DNA from: an uncultured Actinomycetota bacterium
GTDB taxonomy: Bacteria; Actinomycetota; Actinomycetes; JAHEKZ01
Length of the DNA stretch: 64,000 nucleotides
Assembly: GCA_963743915.1 (NCBI GenBank)
Contig: CAVURN010000001.1
Span: 256,001-320,000 of the forward strand
Direction of reading: 5' to 3'
Position numbers and translations under genes: made by a program. The notes under the pieces were generated by a model. It had not been told where the DNA came from and ran no database searches. It worked only from the letters and a program-made list of their open reading frames with translations. Below, in pieces: positions 38,115 through 50,355 of this stretch (positions within the stretch are counted from its first letter, which is position 1; each line of letters opens with the position of its first letter).

Positions 38115-38900
38115 ATGAGGCTCAAGCAGGGGCAGTTCGGCTGGGTCGACCTCAGCACCACGGACGTCACGGCCGCAAAGGCGTTCTACGCCGGGCTGTT
38201 CGGCTGGCAGTACGAGGACATGCCCACACCGATGGGCGTCGACTACACGATGTGCCGCGTCCGGGACAGGCCAGTGGCCGGCCTGGGGCCGATGCCGCCC
38301 GGGATGCTGGATGTTGGAGCCCCCTCGACCTGGAACTCGTACGTGATCGTCAAGGACGTCGACGAGATTGCCGCGCGAACGGTCGAAACCGGTGGCTCAG
38401 TGGTCATGCCCGCCATGGACGTCATGACCGCGGGCCGGATGGCGATGGTGGCGGGTCCGGACGGAGCCGTGCTCGGGCTGTGGCAGCCGGTCGAGCACCA
38501 GGGTGCTGAGCTCCTCGGTGAGCCCGGTTCCCTCGCCTGGAACGAGCTGCAGTCACGTGACCTCGCAGCCGGCATGCGGTTCCTGAGTGACGTGCTCGGC
38601 TGGCGGTGGGAGCCGCTGGCCGGCGTCATGGAGTACCACGTCTGTCACGTCGACGACGGCGACGGCGACACCAGGAACGGTGGCGCCATGAACATGCCGG
38701 ACGGCGTCCCGCCCGAGGCACCCAGCATGTGGGTCGTGTACTTCGAGCTCACTGACTGCGACGACGGTGCCCGCCGGGTCACCGAACTCGGGGGCGAGCT
38801 GTTCCTGCCGCCCATGCAGATGGGCCCCAACCGCTTCGCGGGCGCCATGGATCCGACCGGTGCGATGTTCTTCTTCGGCTCCTTCCGGCAGCCCGCCTGA
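38115..38900 (+). CDS. VOC/glyoxalase family protein (two domains)
   Basis: WVDLSTTD..AAKAFYAGLFGW; WNELQSRD. Confidence 0.9.
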   Translation: MRLKQGQFGWVDLSTTDVTAAKAFYAGLFGWQYEDMPTPMGVDYTMCRVRDRPVAGLGPMPPGMLDVGAPSTWNSYVIVKDVDEIAARTVETGGSVVMPAMDVMTAGRMAMVAGPDGAVLGLWQPVEHQGAELLGEPGSLAWNELQSRDLAAGMRFLSDVLGWRWEPLAGVMEYHVCHVDDGDGDTRNGGAMNMPDGVPPEAPSMWVVYFELTDCDDGARRVTELGGELFLPPMQMGPNRFAGAMDPTGAMFFFGSFRQPA

Positions 38901-39012
38901 CCTCACCCGGCGCGGCGTCGCCGGCCGCCCGGGCACTAGGCTCGCGCGCAGTCGGCGGTTCGCCGGGACCAGTGACGGCCCGGACGTGCCCTGAGTCGAA
39001 GGTGAGACCCTC

Positions 39013-40188
39013 GTGGACCTGTTCGAGTACCAAGCCAAGGAGCTGTTCGCCAAGCACGGCGTCCCGGTGACCCCGGGCACCGTGGCGGTCACGCCGGCCG
39101 AAGCGCGCGCCGCGGCCGAGCAGTACGGCGGCGCGGTCGTCGTCAAGGCGCAGGTGAAGACCGGCGGACGGGGCAAGGCCGGCGGCGTCAAGCTCGCCGA
39201 TTCCCCGGACGACGCCGAGGCCAAGGCTGACGACATCCTGGGTCTCGACATCAAGGGTCACGTCGTGCGGCGTCTGCTCATCACACCGGCGGCCGACATC
39301 GAGACCGAGTACTACGTGTCATTCCTGCTCGACCGGGCCAACCGCACCTACCTGGCCATGGCAAGCGTCGAGGGCGGCATGGACATCGAAGAGGTGGCCC
39401 GCACCATGCCCGAGGCGCTCGCGAAGATCCCGGTCGACGCGCTCACCGGTGTCGACGCGGCCAAGGCCCGCGAGATCGTCGACGCCGCACGGTTCCCGGA
39501 CGACGTGGCGGACGCAGTGACGGGAGTCCTGCAGAGCCTGTGGCGAGTCCTGGTCGACGAGGACGCCACGCTCGTGGAGGTCAACCCGCTGGTCAAGACA
39601 CCCGACGGCCAGATCCTGGCCCTCGACGGCAAGGTCACGTTGGACGACAACGCTGACTTCCGGCACCCCGACCACGCCGCCTACGTCGTCCATGACGAGA
39701 CGGACCCGCTCGAGGTCGCGGCCAAGGAGAAGGACCTCAACTACGTCAAGCTCGACGGCTCGGTCGGCATCATCGGCAACGGTGCCGGTCTCGTCATGAG
39801 CACGCTGGACGTCGTCGCGTACGCCGGCGAGGAGTTCGGCGGACAGAGGCCGGCCAACTTCCTCGACATCGGGGGTGGGGCGTCGGCCGAGGTGATGGCC
39901 AACGGACTCGAGATCATCCTCTCCGACCCGCAGGTGAAGGCGGTCTTCGTCAACGTGTTCGGGGGCATCACCTCCTGCGACGCGGTGGCGGACGGGATCG
40001 TCCAAGCGTTCACCATGCTGGCCGAGCGCGGCGACGTCGTCGACCGCCCCATCGTCTGCCGGCTGGACGGCAACAACGCCGTCGAGGGGCGTCGCATCCT
40101 CGACGAGGCCGAGCACGACGTCGTCGAGCTCGTCGACACCATGGACGCCGCGGCCCGCCGGGTCGCCGAGCTCGCGGCTGCGAGGTAA
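39013..40188 (+). CDS. sucC: Succinyl-CoA ligase beta subunit
   Basis: [35 protein letters not shown]. Confidence 0.97.
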   Translation: MDLFEYQAKELFAKHGVPVTPGTVAVTPAEARAAAEQYGGAVVVKAQVKTGGRGKAGGVKLADSPDDAEAKADDILGLDIKGHVVRRLLITPAADIETEYYVSFLLDRANRTYLAMASVEGGMDIEEVARTMPEALAKIPVDALTGVDAAKAREIVDAARFPDDVADAVTGVLQSLWRVLVDEDATLVEVNPLVKTPDGQILALDGKVTLDDNADFRHPDHAAYVVHDETDPLEVAAKEKDLNYVKLDGSVGIIGNGAGLVMSTLDVVAYAGEEFGGQRPANFLDIGGGASAEVMANGLEIILSDPQVKAVFVNVFGGITSCDAVADGIVQAFTMLAERGDVVDRPIVCRLDGNNAVEGRRILDEAEHDVVELVDTMDAAARRVAELAAAR

Positions 40189-40197
40189 GGGGCACTC

Positions 40198-41079
40198 ATG
40201 TCGGTCTGGCTCGATGCGGACAGTCGCATCCTCGTGCAGGGCATCACCGGCTCGGAGGGCACCAAGCACACGCGTCGCATGGTCGCGTCCGGCGCCGCCG
40301 TCGTCGCCGGTGTCACGCCCGGCAAGGGTGGCCAGTCGGTGGACGGCGGAAAGGGCGACATCCCGGTCTTCGGATCGGTCGCCGAGGCGACCGAGGCGAC
40401 CGGTGCGAACGTCTCCGTGGTGTTCGTCCCCCCGAGGTTCGCCAAGGGCGCGGTCGTCGAGACGGTCGATGCCGGCGTCCCGCTGTGCGTCGTCATCACC
40501 GAGGGCATTCCCGTGGGCGACACCGCGCAGTTCTTCCAGTACTCGCAGAACGCCGGCGGCACCCGGATCATCGGCCCCAACTGCCCAGGCATCATCAGCC
40601 CCGGGCAGTCCAACGCCGGCATCATCCCCGCGGACATCACGGGTCGGGGACCGATCGGGTTGGTGAGCAAGAGTGGCACCCTGACCTACCAGATGATGTA
40701 CGAGCTGCGCGACTTGGGCTTCTCCACCGGCATCGGGATCGGCGGCGACCCGGTCATCGGCACCACGCACATCGACGCGCTCGCGGCGTTCGAAGCCGAC
40801 CCCGACACCGAAGCGATCGTCATGATCGGCGAGATCGGTGGGGACGCCGAGGAGCGAGCGGCTGCGTTCATCGCCGAGCAGGTCAGCAAACCGGTGGTCG
40901 GCTACGTGGCGGGGTTCACCGCTCCGGAGGGCAAGACCATGGGACACGCGGGTGCGATCGTCTCAGGCTCGTCCGGAACGGCTGCCGCCAAGTCCGAGGC
41001 GCTCGAGGCCGCAGGCGTCCGGGTCGGCAAGACCCCCAGCGAGACCGCAGCATTGATGCGCGAGGTCCTCAAGGGCTGA
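40198..41079 (+). CDS. sucD: Succinyl-CoA ligase alpha subunit
   Basis: QGITG, GPNCPG, MGHAGA. Confidence 0.97.
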   Translation: MSVWLDADSRILVQGITGSEGTKHTRRMVASGAAVVAGVTPGKGGQSVDGGKGDIPVFGSVAEATEATGANVSVVFVPPRFAKGAVVETVDAGVPLCVVITEGIPVGDTAQFFQYSQNAGGTRIIGPNCPGIISPGQSNAGIIPADITGRGPIGLVSKSGTLTYQMMYELRDLGFSTGIGIGGDPVIGTTHIDALAAFEADPDTEAIVMIGEIGGDAEERAAAFIAEQVSKPVVGYVAGFTAPEGKTMGHAGAIVSGSSGTAAAKSEALEAAGVRVGKTPSETAALMREVLKG

Positions 41080-41100
41080 CGCCCCGGCACGTTCGTCCGC

Positions 41101-41162
41101 GCGTCCACCAGGCCCGCACTCGACGGGCAGTGGCGTCCACCAGGCCCGCACTCGGCGGGCAG
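41101..41162 (+). repeat. Two tandem 30-bp repeats, each with a hairpin
   Basis: GCGTCCACCAGGCCCGCACTCG(A/G)CGGGCAG twice, period 32. Confidence 0.85.
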
Positions 41163-41226
41163 CGTGCGCACCTGTTCGGGCGCGCCTCCGCTCTCCGCCG
41201 CGTCCCGCTTGCGACGATGAGCGGCG

Positions 41227-42522
41227 ATGACCACGCGCGCTTCGAGGGGCACCCGCCCCACACGTCGGACCGGCACGCGTCCCGCGTCTCCCGGGGGTTC
41301 GGGTGCTGGAGACGCGTTGAGCGTCGCACTCACCGCCGCGGTGGCCGCGGGGCTCGTGGCGCTGATCGGCATCGCCCTCTCGCTGATCGTCACCGTGGGC
41401 TCGTGGTCGCTCGCACCGCACACGGCCGACAGCGGACCGGACGGGGCGTCCCGACTGGCGGTCGCGCTCTGGCTGTACGCCCACCACGTGCCGCTCGAGA
41501 TCGACGGGTTGTCGCTCGCGCTTGTCCCCCTCGGGCTCCTGCTCCTGCCAGGAGTGCTCGCCTATGCAGGCGGACGTCAGGTGGCCCGCGTCACGCATCC
41601 CCGACGGCTTCAGGACCTGACCGGGGCGGTCATCCCCTACGCCCTGGTCTACGGCACCGTCGCGGCGATCGCCGCGGGCGTCATCCGCTCGGAGGACGTC
41701 CAACCGGCGCCGTTGCGCGCGTTCGTCGCCGGGACGCTCCTTGCGGCGGTGGCGGGCACTGTGGGGGTGGTGCGGGCCGCTGGTCTCGGCCCGCAGGTGC
41801 GCGAGCTGCTCCCCGCGTCCCTGCGCGACGTGCTCGCCGCCGGCTCCGTGGCGCTGGCCACCGTCGTGACGGTCAGCGCCGTCACCACAGCATTGGCCCT
41901 CGCGGTGGGATTCCCCGATGCCGTCGAGATGTACCGCAGCCTGGACGCCGGCCTCGCCGGCGGCCCGGTGCTGCTGCTGATGACCGTCGCCTTCATCCCG
42001 AACCTGGTGCTGTGGACCGCGTCGTTCACCACCGGAGTCGGCTTCCTGTTGGGTGTCGACGGCAGCGTGACGCCCCAGGGCGTCGATTACGGCGCGCTGC
42101 CGGTCTTCCCGCCACTGGCCGCTGTGCCTCCCGAAGGTGAACCGGGGATCTGGGCCTACCTGGTGCTGCTCACGCCGCTCCTCGGCGGGTACGCGGCGGG
42201 CTCCCTCATGGCGGCCCGGGCCGAGGGTCTGCGGGTCGAGCACCTCGCCGTCCGAGCAGGCATCGGCGGTGGCCTCGGAGGGGTCGCGCTGGGTGCCCTG
42301 GCGGCGCTCGCCGCCGGCTCGGCGGGAAACGGGTCCCTCGCCGAGGTCGGACCCGTCGGGTGGCAGGTCGGGCTGGTCGCCGGTCTCGAGATGGCCCTCG
42401 TGGCGGCCGTCGTCGCATGGGAGCTGCACCGTCGCGGCTCGTCAGGACGGCCCCGGCTGATCGACCTGCGCGAGCGCGTCGGCGTGCCCGAGAGACTGAA
42501 GACGGTCCTACGCCAGCGGTGA
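41227..42522 (+). CDS. DUF6350/PerM-like membrane protein
   Basis: WLYAHHVPL, LVPLGL, FIPN; typical position between sucD and purN. Confidence 0.8.
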   Translation: MTTRASRGTRPTRRTGTRPASPGGSGAGDALSVALTAAVAAGLVALIGIALSLIVTVGSWSLAPHTADSGPDGASRLAVALWLYAHHVPLEIDGLSLALVPLGLLLLPGVLAYAGGRQVARVTHPRRLQDLTGAVIPYALVYGTVAAIAAGVIRSEDVQPAPLRAFVAGTLLAAVAGTVGVVRAAGLGPQVRELLPASLRDVLAAGSVALATVVTVSAVTTALALAVGFPDAVEMYRSLDAGLAGGPVLLLMTVAFIPNLVLWTASFTTGVGFLLGVDGSVTPQGVDYGALPVFPPLAAVPPEGEPGIWAYLVLLTPLLGGYAAGSLMAARAEGLRVEHLAVRAGIGGGLGGVALGALAALAAGSAGNGSLAEVGPVGWQVGLVAGLEMALVAAVVAWELHRRGSSGRPRLIDLRERVGVPERLKTVLRQR

Positions 42523-42547
42523 GCCACGGCCAGTAGGGTTCTCGACC

Positions 42548-43156
42548 GTGGCTCGTGCGCGTGTGGTCGTCCTGGTGTCCGGCAGCGGCACGACCCTGCA
42601 GGCCCTGCTCGACGCGGCGGCCTCTGCCGACTACCCGGCCGACGTCGTCGCCGTCGGTGCCGACCGGCCTGACGTGGGGGCCCTCGACCGGGCCGTCGCG
42701 GCAGGCGTCCCCGCCTTCGTCGTCGCTCCGGACCAGTACGGCGACCGCCCGACGTGGGATGCAGCGCTGGCCGAGGCAGTGGCCGGCCACCGACCCGACC
42801 TGGTGGTGCTGGCCGGATTCATGCGCCTGGTGAGCCCCGACTTCCTCGCCCGCTTCCCGAACCGGGTGATCAACACGCACCCCGCTCTCTCGCCGGCCTT
42901 CCCCGGCATGCACGGTCCTCGCGAAGCGCTGGCCCATGGCGTCAAGGTCACCGGCTGCACGATCTTCGTGGTGGACGACGGCGTCGACACCGGACCGATC
43001 GTGGCGCAGGCGGCGGTCGCCGTGCACGACGACGACGACGAGAACACCCTGCACGAACGCATCAAGCAGGCCGAGCGCGCCCTGCTCGTCCGCACGGTGG
43101 CCGACCTGGTCACGCACCCGTACCGAGTCGAGGGAAGAAAGGTCGTGCGCACGTGA
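42548..43156 (+). CDS. purN: Phosphoribosylglycinamide formyltransferase
   Basis: [18 protein letters not shown]. Confidence 0.95.
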   Translation: MARARVVVLVSGSGTTLQALLDAAASADYPADVVAVGADRPDVGALDRAVAAGVPAFVVAPDQYGDRPTWDAALAEAVAGHRPDLVVLAGFMRLVSPDFLARFPNRVINTHPALSPAFPGMHGPREALAHGVKVTGCTIFVVDDGVDTGPIVAQAAVAVHDDDDENTLHERIKQAERALLVRTVADLVTHPYRVEGRKVVRT

Positions 43157-44718
43157 CGCAGCGTCCCATCCGCCGTGCCCTGATCAGCGTCTACGACAAG
43201 ACGGGGCTGGTGGACCTGGCCCTGGGCCTGCACGAGGCAGGTGTCTCTCTCGTCTCCACGGGTTCGACCGCCACCCGCATTGCGGAGGCAGGCGTCCCGG
43301 TCACCAAGGTCGAGGACCTCACCGGCTTCCCCGAGTGCCTCGACGGTCGGGTGAAGACCCTCCACCCGCGGGTGCATGCGGGAATTCTCGCCGACCTGCG
43401 CAAGCCGGACCACGAGCGGCAGCTGTCCGAGCTCGGCATCGAGCCGTTCGACCTGGTCGTCAGCAACCTCTATCCGTTCACCGAGACCGTCACGTCGGGG
43501 GCGACTCCGGACGAGTGCGTCGAGCAGATCGACATCGGTGGCCCGTCGATGGTCCGGGCGGCCGCGAAGAACCACCCCACCGTGGCGGTCGTCGTCTCCC
43601 CTGACCGCTACGCGATGGTCCTCGACGCAGTGCGCTCCGGGGGGTTCAGTCTGGCGCAACGGCGAGACCTGGCTCGTGAGGCATTCGTGCACACCGCGAC
43701 GTACGACGTCCACGTCGCGTCGTGGATGGGAGGCGTGCTGGCACCCGACAGCTCCGAGAACGGGTTTCCCGCCTGGGTCGGAGCGACCTGGGACCGCGCT
43801 GCCGTGCTTCGCTACGGCGAGAACCCGCACCAGCGGGCCGCCCTCTACACCAGTGGCTTCGGCCCGAGCGGACTCGCGCAGGCCGAGCAGCTGCATGGCA
43901 AGGAGATGTCCTACAACAACTTCATCGACTCGGACGCCGCTCGTCGCGCGGCGTACGACCACGGTGAGGGTTGCGTGGCGATCATCAAGCACGCCAACCC
44001 GTGCGGAATCGCGGTCGACGCTGACGACATCGCCGTCGCCTACCGCAAGGCGTTCGACTGCGACCCGGTGTCAGCATTCGGGGGCGTCGTGGCTGCCAAC
44101 CGGACGGTGACGCTGGCGATGGCCGAGGCCATGGGTGACGTCTTCACCGAGGTGGTCGTCGCCCCGGATTTCGAGCCCGAGGCTCTCGAGCTGCTGCAGC
44201 AGAAGAAGAACGTGCGGCTGCTGCGCTGCGTCGGCGTCCAGGAGGGCGAGGCTATCGAGTCACGACCGGTCAGCGGGGGAATGCTGCTGCAGGTCCGCGA
44301 CTCGCTGCAGGCTGACGGGGACGCGGTCGCCGGATGGACACTCGCCACCGGCGAGCCGGCGGACGAGGCGACCCTGCGTGACCTGTTGTTCGCCTGGCGC
44401 GCCTGTCGTTCGGTCAAGTCCAACGCGATCCTGCTCGCCAAGGATGGCGGCAGCGTGGGCGTGGGCATGGGCCAGGTGAGTCGGGTGGACAGCGCCAAGC
44501 TGGCGGTCATGCGGGCGGGGGAGCAACGTGCGCGTGGCTCCGTGGCGGCGTCAGATGCGTTCTTCCCGTTTCCGGACGGCCTGGCGGTGCTGTTGGAGGC
44601 CGGGGTGCGCGCGGTCGTCCAGCCCGGTGGATCGGTGCGCGACGACGAGATCGTGGCGACCGCAGCAGCTGCCGGCGTGACGATGTACCTCACCGGCACC
44701 CGTCACTTCTTTCACTAG
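43153..44718 (+). CDS. purH: AICAR transformylase/IMP cyclohydrolase
   Basis: [35 protein letters not shown]. Confidence 0.97.
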   Translation: MTQRPIRRALISVYDKTGLVDLALGLHEAGVSLVSTGSTATRIAEAGVPVTKVEDLTGFPECLDGRVKTLHPRVHAGILADLRKPDHERQLSELGIEPFDLVVSNLYPFTETVTSGATPDECVEQIDIGGPSMVRAAAKNHPTVAVVVSPDRYAMVLDAVRSGGFSLAQRRDLAREAFVHTATYDVHVASWMGGVLAPDSSENGFPAWVGATWDRAAVLRYGENPHQRAALYTSGFGPSGLAQAEQLHGKEMSYNNFIDSDAARRAAYDHGEGCVAIIKHANPCGIAVDADDIAVAYRKAFDCDPVSAFGGVVAANRTVTLAMAEAMGDVFTEVVVAPDFEPEALELLQQKKNVRLLRCVGVQEGEAIESRPVSGGMLLQVRDSLQADGDAVAGWTLATGEPADEATLRDLLFAWRACRSVKSNAILLAKDGGSVGVGMGQVSRVDSAKLAVMRAGEQRARGSVAASDAFFPFPDGLAVLLEAGVRAVVQPGGSVRDDEIVATAAAAGVTMYLTGTRHFFH

Positions 44719-45488
44719 GCCACATCACTCCGGATGGGCTCGTCGGTGGTGGTGGCTGGCGACCGCAGGATCTTGGCAAGGACGACCAAGGCGAGGATCA
44801 CTGCGGGCCACAGAAGCAGCCCGCCGATGCCCGAAGCCTCAGCGCCGGAGTGCTCGGTGCCGAGAGCGCCGAAGTCCCAGATGGCGTGAATCACCATCGT
44901 GACGACCAGCAGTCCGGTGAGGCGTCGCGTGACGTAGAACGCGGTGCCGAGCAGGAAGGCAAACACGATTTGGCGGACGGTTGCGCCGACGGACTGTCCG
45001 AAGAAGACATTCAGCCCGTGCAGCAGGCCGAACAGCAGCGACGACAGGAACCAGACCCAGCCTTCGGACAGCGTGCCGCGGAAGCCGACGATCATGAGAC
45101 CCCGGGTGAGGAGCTCCTCGGAGAAGCCGACCAGGCCGGTGCCGAGAGCCAGAAGCAGCAGGGTTGCTGTGCTGGCAGCACCGAAGTCGATGGAGACGAC
45201 GCCGCTGAGCGCGATCACCAGCAGCAAGGCGGGGACGACGAACCCCCAGCGGGGACCGACCCTGCTCGTCTCCACCATGGCCGGCCGCCACCAGCCCAGC
45301 CACGACGCGGCGACGGCAAGGAACACGGCGCCAACACCGATGGGGATGACGATGCCCTTGAGGACGGTGTCCGATGAGTCGGATACGGCGTCGTAGTCGA
45401 CTCCGTTGATCGCCCAGATTGCGGCCACCAGGGCGATGTATATGAGCAACAGCGCGATGGAGATGACGGGGGTCGGCTTGATGCGCAC
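44715..45488 (-). CDS. CPBP (CAAX/Abi) intramembrane protease
   Basis: EELLTRG, FGLLH, HAIWD. Confidence 0.9.
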   Translation of the reverse strand: MRIKPTPVISIALLLIYIALVAAIWAINGVDYDAVSDSSDTVLKGIVIPIGVGAVFLAVAASWLGWWRPAMVETSRVGPRWGFVVPALLLVIALSGVVSIDFGAASTATLLLLALGTGLVGFSEELLTRGLMIVGFRGTLSEGWVWFLSSLLFGLLHGLNVFFGQSVGATVRQIVFAFLLGTAFYVTRRLTGLLVVTMVIHAIWDFGALGTEHSGAEASGIGGLLLWPAVILALVVLAKILRSPATTTDEPIRSDVA

Positions 45489-45600
45489 GGCTGCTCCGGG
45501 GGCTCGGTCTGGGGGCGCGGTGAGGTTCTCAGACCCCCTTGGCGACCGCAACTCGAACACACCGGGAGTGGGCCGGGGTCACTGGTGATGAGCGCGCAGG

Positions 45601-45981
45601 TCAGTCGACGATGACCCGGTGCTCGCGGTCGGCGATCCACGTCAGGATGTCCGCCCGCGACAGTGCGCGGTGTCCGCAGTCGCACCAGGCCGGCAACGTG
45701 TCGTCCGAAGCATCCCGTGGCCCTTCCAGCAGGTCCAGCCAGAGGTGCGGCGTCTGGTTCCCGTGCGGCTTGTCCGGCAGGTCGTAGTCGCCGTGACTCC
45801 GTGCCCGCACCGGGGCGGCGTAGACGAGTCCCTGGTCGGTCTCGTACACCGTCGCGACGTGGTGGCTTCGGGCGCACTGGACGCGGAGCCGGATGGCGTC
45901 CCGACCTCCGTGGGGCAGGGCGGCCAGGGCCTTGGCCGCGTGCTGGCTGCGTACGTCGTGGGATCCGGTTGCCGTCGTCAT
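45601..45981 (-). CDS. Hypothetical protein, possible Zn binder
   Basis: CARSHH and WCDCGH motifs. Confidence 0.65.
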   Translation of the reverse strand: MTTATGSHDVRSQHAAKALAALPHGGRDAIRLRVQCARSHHVATVYETDQGLVYAAPVRARSHGDYDLPDKPHGNQTPHLWLDLLEGPRDASDDTLPAWCDCGHRALSRADILTWIADREHRVIVD

Positions 45982-46061
45982 GCCCTCAGCGTCACCCCGG
46001 GAGGCGTGACGGGCCAGGGTCCAACGGTCCGCGTTCGCCAGGTCGGGCCTAGGCTGCCGCC

Positions 46062-47114
46062 GTGACCTTCCTCATGCCCGCAGAGTGGGAGCACCACACC
46101 CGTACGTGGATGGCGCTCCCGCCCACCGGTGGCTACGTGGCCACCGAGGACCCGGACGCCTTGGACGCGTGGCTGGCCACGGCCAACGCCGTTGCTGACT
46201 TCGAGCCGGTCTCCCTGCTCGTCGACCCGCGAGACCGTGACCGGGTGCGTCCGCTCCTGCACCGCGACGTCGAGCTGGTCGAGACCGAGCTGGACGACGG
46301 GTGGCTGCGCGACAGCGGCCCCACGTTCGTCGTGGACGACAGCGACGGGTCGCTGGCCGCCGTGCACTGGGTGTTCAACGCCTGGGGCGGCATCCAGCCG
46401 CACGCGCGGGACGCGAAGATCGGTGCCACGGTGGCCGGTGGCGCCGGCGTCCCGGTGATCGACAGCCCGCTCGTGAACGAGGGCGGCGGCATCTGCGTCG
46501 ATGGTGAGGGCACGGTGATCGTCACCGAGAGCGTCCAGCTGCACGACCGCCGCAACCCCGGATGGACGCGCGAAGCGGTCGAGCGGGAGCTCGCGCGCAC
46601 CATCGGTGCGTCCACCGTCATCTGGCTCGAGCGCGGACTGATGGGAGACATGCAGCAGTACCGCCCGGGACTGGGCACGAACGGGCATGTCGACGTCCTC
46701 GCGGCGTTCGTGCGGCCCGGCGTCGTCGTGGTCCACGGGCAGCCGGATCCGCACCACCACGACCATGCAGTGATGGCCGAGAACGTCCGTCGACTGCGTG
46801 CGGCCCGCGATGCGGCGGGGAGGGCCTTGGAGATCATCACCATCGACGCACCGCGCGACACCGTCGTCGACGGCGTGTCCATCGACCACAGCTACATCAA
46901 CTTCTCGTTCGTCAACGACGGACTCGTGATGTCGGTGTATGGCGATGACGAGGCGGACGAGAAGGCCTCGGGTGTCCTCGCCGAGCTGCTACCGGACCGC
47001 AGGATCGCAGCGGTGGATGCTGCGCCGATCTTCCGCAACGGTGGTGGGGTGCACTGCATCACGCAGCAGCAGCCGGACGCCGCCCGACTCGCCGGGCCAC
47101 CGAGCACCCGGTGA
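46062..47114 (+). CDS. Agmatine deiminase family protein
   Basis: MPAEW, WLRDSGP, EGG, GHVD, GGGVHCITQQ. Confidence 0.92.
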   Translation: MTFLMPAEWEHHTRTWMALPPTGGYVATEDPDALDAWLATANAVADFEPVSLLVDPRDRDRVRPLLHRDVELVETELDDGWLRDSGPTFVVDDSDGSLAAVHWVFNAWGGIQPHARDAKIGATVAGGAGVPVIDSPLVNEGGGICVDGEGTVIVTESVQLHDRRNPGWTREAVERELARTIGASTVIWLERGLMGDMQQYRPGLGTNGHVDVLAAFVRPGVVVVHGQPDPHHHDHAVMAENVRRLRAARDAAGRALEIITIDAPRDTVVDGVSIDHSYINFSFVNDGLVMSVYGDDEADEKASGVLAELLPDRRIAAVDAAPIFRNGGGVHCITQQQPDAARLAGPPSTR

Positions 47115-48061
47115 CCCGGCGCGACCGCTGGACCGCCGGCGTCGTCGCCTTCGCCGTCGGCGCCGTGGTCGCCGTCCAGGGCCGGATCAACGGTGAGGTG
47201 GGCGACCTCACCGGAAGTGGCCTGCTCGCCGCTGCGGTCAACTTCAGCGTGGGGCTCGCGATCCTGGTCGTGGTCGTGGCGGGCCGCCGGGTCACCCGGG
47301 ACGCCCTCCGTCGTCTGCCCTCATTGGTCGGCCCCCAGCTGCCGTGGTGGACCCTCACCGGTGGCGTCGGGGGCGCGATCTATGTCACCGGTCAGAGCAC
47401 CACCGTGGCTGTCCTCGGGGTGGCGCTCTTCACCGTGGCCACCGTGGCCGGCTCGACCGGAGCGGGCCTGGCCGTCGACAAGGTGGGCCTGGGGCCCGGT
47501 GGGCCGGTGGCGGTCACTGCGTGGCGGATGGTGGCGGCCGCTCTCGCCGTGGTAGCCGTGTGGGTCGGCTCAGGGGGACGCGACCCGGCCGGGTCGGTCT
47601 CGATCCCCTTCCTGCTGCTGGCGCTTGCGGCTGGTGCGGCCGGAGCCGTCCAGGTGGGGCTGAACGGCCGGGTGTCGGTCGCGACCGGTCAGCCGCTGGT
47701 GGCCACCCTGGTGAACTTCACGGTGGGGCTCGCGGTGCTGCTGGGCGTCGTGGCCGTTCAGGCCCTCGTCGACCCGGAGGCAGCCGGAACCCTCGAGCCC
47801 CTGTGGGACGAGCCCTGGCTGCTGGTCGGCGGCGCCATGGGGGTGCTCTTCGTCGCAGGGTCCGCGTGGTCGGTCCGCGCGCTCGGCGTGCTGCTGCTGT
47901 CCCTGGTGGTGCTGGCCGGCACGTTGGTGGGTGCGGTGGTGGTCGACCTGGTCGTCCCGACCGAGGGCGCGACGGTCAACGGCTACCTGCTCGCCGGAAT
48001 CGCCTTGACCTTCGCCTCGGTGGGGTTGGCGGTCGTGCGACGGCGGCGACCTGGCTCGTGA
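47111..48061 (+). CDS. DMT family transporter (YdcZ-like)
   Basis: Two repeats, QGRING and QVGLNG; about 10 TM helices. Confidence 0.85.
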   Translation: MTRRDRWTAGVVAFAVGAVVAVQGRINGEVGDLTGSGLLAAAVNFSVGLAILVVVVAGRRVTRDALRRLPSLVGPQLPWWTLTGGVGGAIYVTGQSTTVAVLGVALFTVATVAGSTGAGLAVDKVGLGPGGPVAVTAWRMVAAALAVVAVWVGSGGRDPAGSVSIPFLLLALAAGAAGAVQVGLNGRVSVATGQPLVATLVNFTVGLAVLLGVVAVQALVDPEAAGTLEPLWDEPWLLVGGAMGVLFVAGSAWSVRALGVLLLSLVVLAGTLVGAVVVDLVVPTEGATVNGYLLAGIALTFASVGLAVVRRRRPGS

Positions 48062-48075
48062 CAGACTTACCGCTC

Positions 48076-48936
48076 GTGACAGCGACCATTCTCGACGGCA
48101 AGAAGACCGCAGCGGCCGTGAAGGCCGAGCTCGCCACTCGCGTGGCGGCCCTGAAGGAGCGCGGCATCCATCCCGGGCTCGGCACGATCTTGGTCGGCGA
48201 CGACCCGGGCAGCCACGCCTACGTCGGTGGCAAACACCGTGACTGCGCCGAGGTGGGCATCGCCAGCATCCGGCGCGACCTGGCCGCGGACGCCACCCAG
48301 GGCGACGTCGAGAAGGCGGTTGCCGAGCTCAACGACGACCCGTCCTGCACCGGCTACATCATCCAGCTGCCGCTGCCGAAGGGGCTCGACCCGCACCCGG
48401 TCCTCGCGCAGATGCATCCTGACAAGGACGCCGACGGCCTGCACCCCATGAACCTCGGTCGCCTGGTGCTCGGTGAGGACGCCCCGCTGCCGTGCACACC
48501 GCGGGGCATCGTCGAGCTCCTCCGTCGGTACGACGTCCCGATCGCTGGAGCCGAGGTGGTCGTCGTGGGCCGCGGTGTCACGGTGGGACGCCCCCTCGGG
48601 CTGCTCCTCACCCGGCGCAGCGAGAACGCCACCGTCACCCTGTGCCACACCGGCACCCGCGACCTCGGCGCGCACCTGACGCGCGCGGACATCGTCGTCG
48701 CCGCTGCCGGCGTCCCAGGACTCGTCACCGCCGACGCCATCAAGCCCGGTGCCGCGGTGCTGGACGTCGGGATCACCCGCACCGATCTCGGGCTCGTCGG
48801 CGACGTGGCCCCCGATGTTGTCGAGGTGGCGGGGCACCTTGCACCGATGCCGGGGGGAACCGGCCCCATGACCCGGGCGATGTTGCTGGCCAACGTCGTC
48901 GAGCGGGCGGAGGCCCAGGCGGCCGTGGCCGGCTGA
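48076..48936 (+). CDS. folD: Methylenetetrahydrofolate dehydrogenase/cyclohydrolase
   Basis: [27 protein letters not shown]. Confidence 0.95.
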   Translation: MTATILDGKKTAAAVKAELATRVAALKERGIHPGLGTILVGDDPGSHAYVGGKHRDCAEVGIASIRRDLAADATQGDVEKAVAELNDDPSCTGYIIQLPLPKGLDPHPVLAQMHPDKDADGLHPMNLGRLVLGEDAPLPCTPRGIVELLRRYDVPIAGAEVVVVGRGVTVGRPLGLLLTRRSENATVTLCHTGTRDLGAHLTRADIVVAAAGVPGLVTADAIKPGAAVLDVGITRTDLGLVGDVAPDVVEVAGHLAPMPGGTGPMTRAMLLANVVERAEAQAAVAG

Positions 48937-48938
48937 CG

Positions 48939-49319
48939 ATGCCTGACGCGGGGCCTGACGCCGGGCTGGAGCCGGAGCCCGACCCGGAGCCCGACGACGG
49001 CGACGAGGTGCGCCTCGACGGCGAGGGCAACCCGATCGACGACCAGCCGCTCATCGAGCGGACGATCGACCAGTGGCCTCTGGCTCTGGTGCTGCTCACG
49101 GTGGCGTCCGGACTGATGATCCTGACCTTCATCGACTTTCGGGTCGGCGCGATCGTGCTCGGCGCCTCGCTCGTCTTCGCGGGTGCGCTGCGGACGGTGC
49201 TCACGCAGGAGCGTGCGGGCCTGCTCGCCATCCGGGGGCGCCCCATCGACCTGATGACGATGTACGGCCTGGGGGTGGCCCTGACCACCGTTGCGGTCGT
49301 GGTTCCACCCGCCCGGTAA
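48939..49319 (+). CDS. DUF3017-like membrane protein
   Basis: QWPL...AGLLAIR; typical position after folD. Confidence 0.75.
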   Translation: MPDAGPDAGLEPEPDPEPDDGDEVRLDGEGNPIDDQPLIERTIDQWPLALVLLTVASGLMILTFIDFRVGAIVLGASLVFAGALRTVLTQERAGLLAIRGRPIDLMTMYGLGVALTTVAVVVPPAR

Positions 49320-49380
49320 CCTCGGGAGTGGATCAGACCCCCGCCAGCAGCCGACAGAGCAAGGACCGGTGAGCACTCCC

Positions 49381-50352
49381 ATGACCTCAGCCCCCCGCAG
49401 CCGCAAGGTGACCGTCGTCGGAGCCGGCTTCTACGGCTCGACCACGGCCCAGCGCCTGGCGGAGTACGACCTCTTCGACACGGTGGTGCTCACCGACATC
49501 GTCGACGGCAAGCCCGAGGGGCTGGCGCTCGACATGAACCAGTCGCGGCCGATCGAGGGGTTCGAGACCAAGGTGGTCGGCGCGACCACCGACCCGGTGA
49601 CCGGTGCCGGCTACGAGAAGACCGCTGACAGCGACATCGTGGTGGTCACCGCGGGGCTGCCCCGCAAGCCCGGCATGAGCCGCATGGACCTGATCGAGAC
49701 CAACGCCAAGATCGTCCGCGGCGTCGCGGAGAACGTCGCCAAGCCACTCGCCCAACGCGGTCATCATCGTGGTCTCCAACCCGCTGGACGAGATGACCGC
49801 CCTGGCCCAGCTGGCGAGCGGGTTCCCGAAGGCAGCGTGTGATCGGCCAGGCCGGCATGCTCGACACCGCGCGGTTCAGCCACTTCGTCGCCGAGACGCT
49901 TGCGGTGCCGGTCGCCACCGTCAGGACGCTCACGCTCGGCTCGCACGGGGACACCATGGTCCCGGTGCCGAGCCGGTGCACCGTCGACGGACAAGCCGCT
50001 GGCCGACCTGCTGCCCGCGGACAAGATCGAGGAGCTCGTCGTCCGCACCCGCAACGGCGGAGCGGAGGTCGTCGCGCTGCTCAAGACCGGCTCGGCCTAC
50101 TACGCGCCGTCGGCCGCCGCGGCGCGCATGGCCAAGGCCGTGGCCGAGGACTCCGGCGCCGTCATGCCGGTGTGTGCCTGGGTGGACGGTGAGTACGGCA
50201 TCTCCGGGGTCTACCTCGGCGTCGAGGCCGAGATCGGCGCCGGCGGCGTCCGGCGGATCGTCGAGGACGACCTCACCGACAGCGAGCTCGCCGGTCTGCG
50301 CGAGGCCGCCGAGGCCGTTCGGGCCAAGCAGGCCGACGTCAAGGACCTCTGA
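49381..50352 (+). CDS. mdh: Malate dehydrogenase, LDH-like type (frameshifted)
   Basis: VVGAG, PRKPGMSR, SNPLD, LDTARF, GSHGD. Confidence 0.92.
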
Positions 50353-50355
50353 GCG

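Noticed and set aside
41101-41162. Possible mini CRISPR array
   Set aside because: Only two units separated by 2 nt, no spacers and no cas genes
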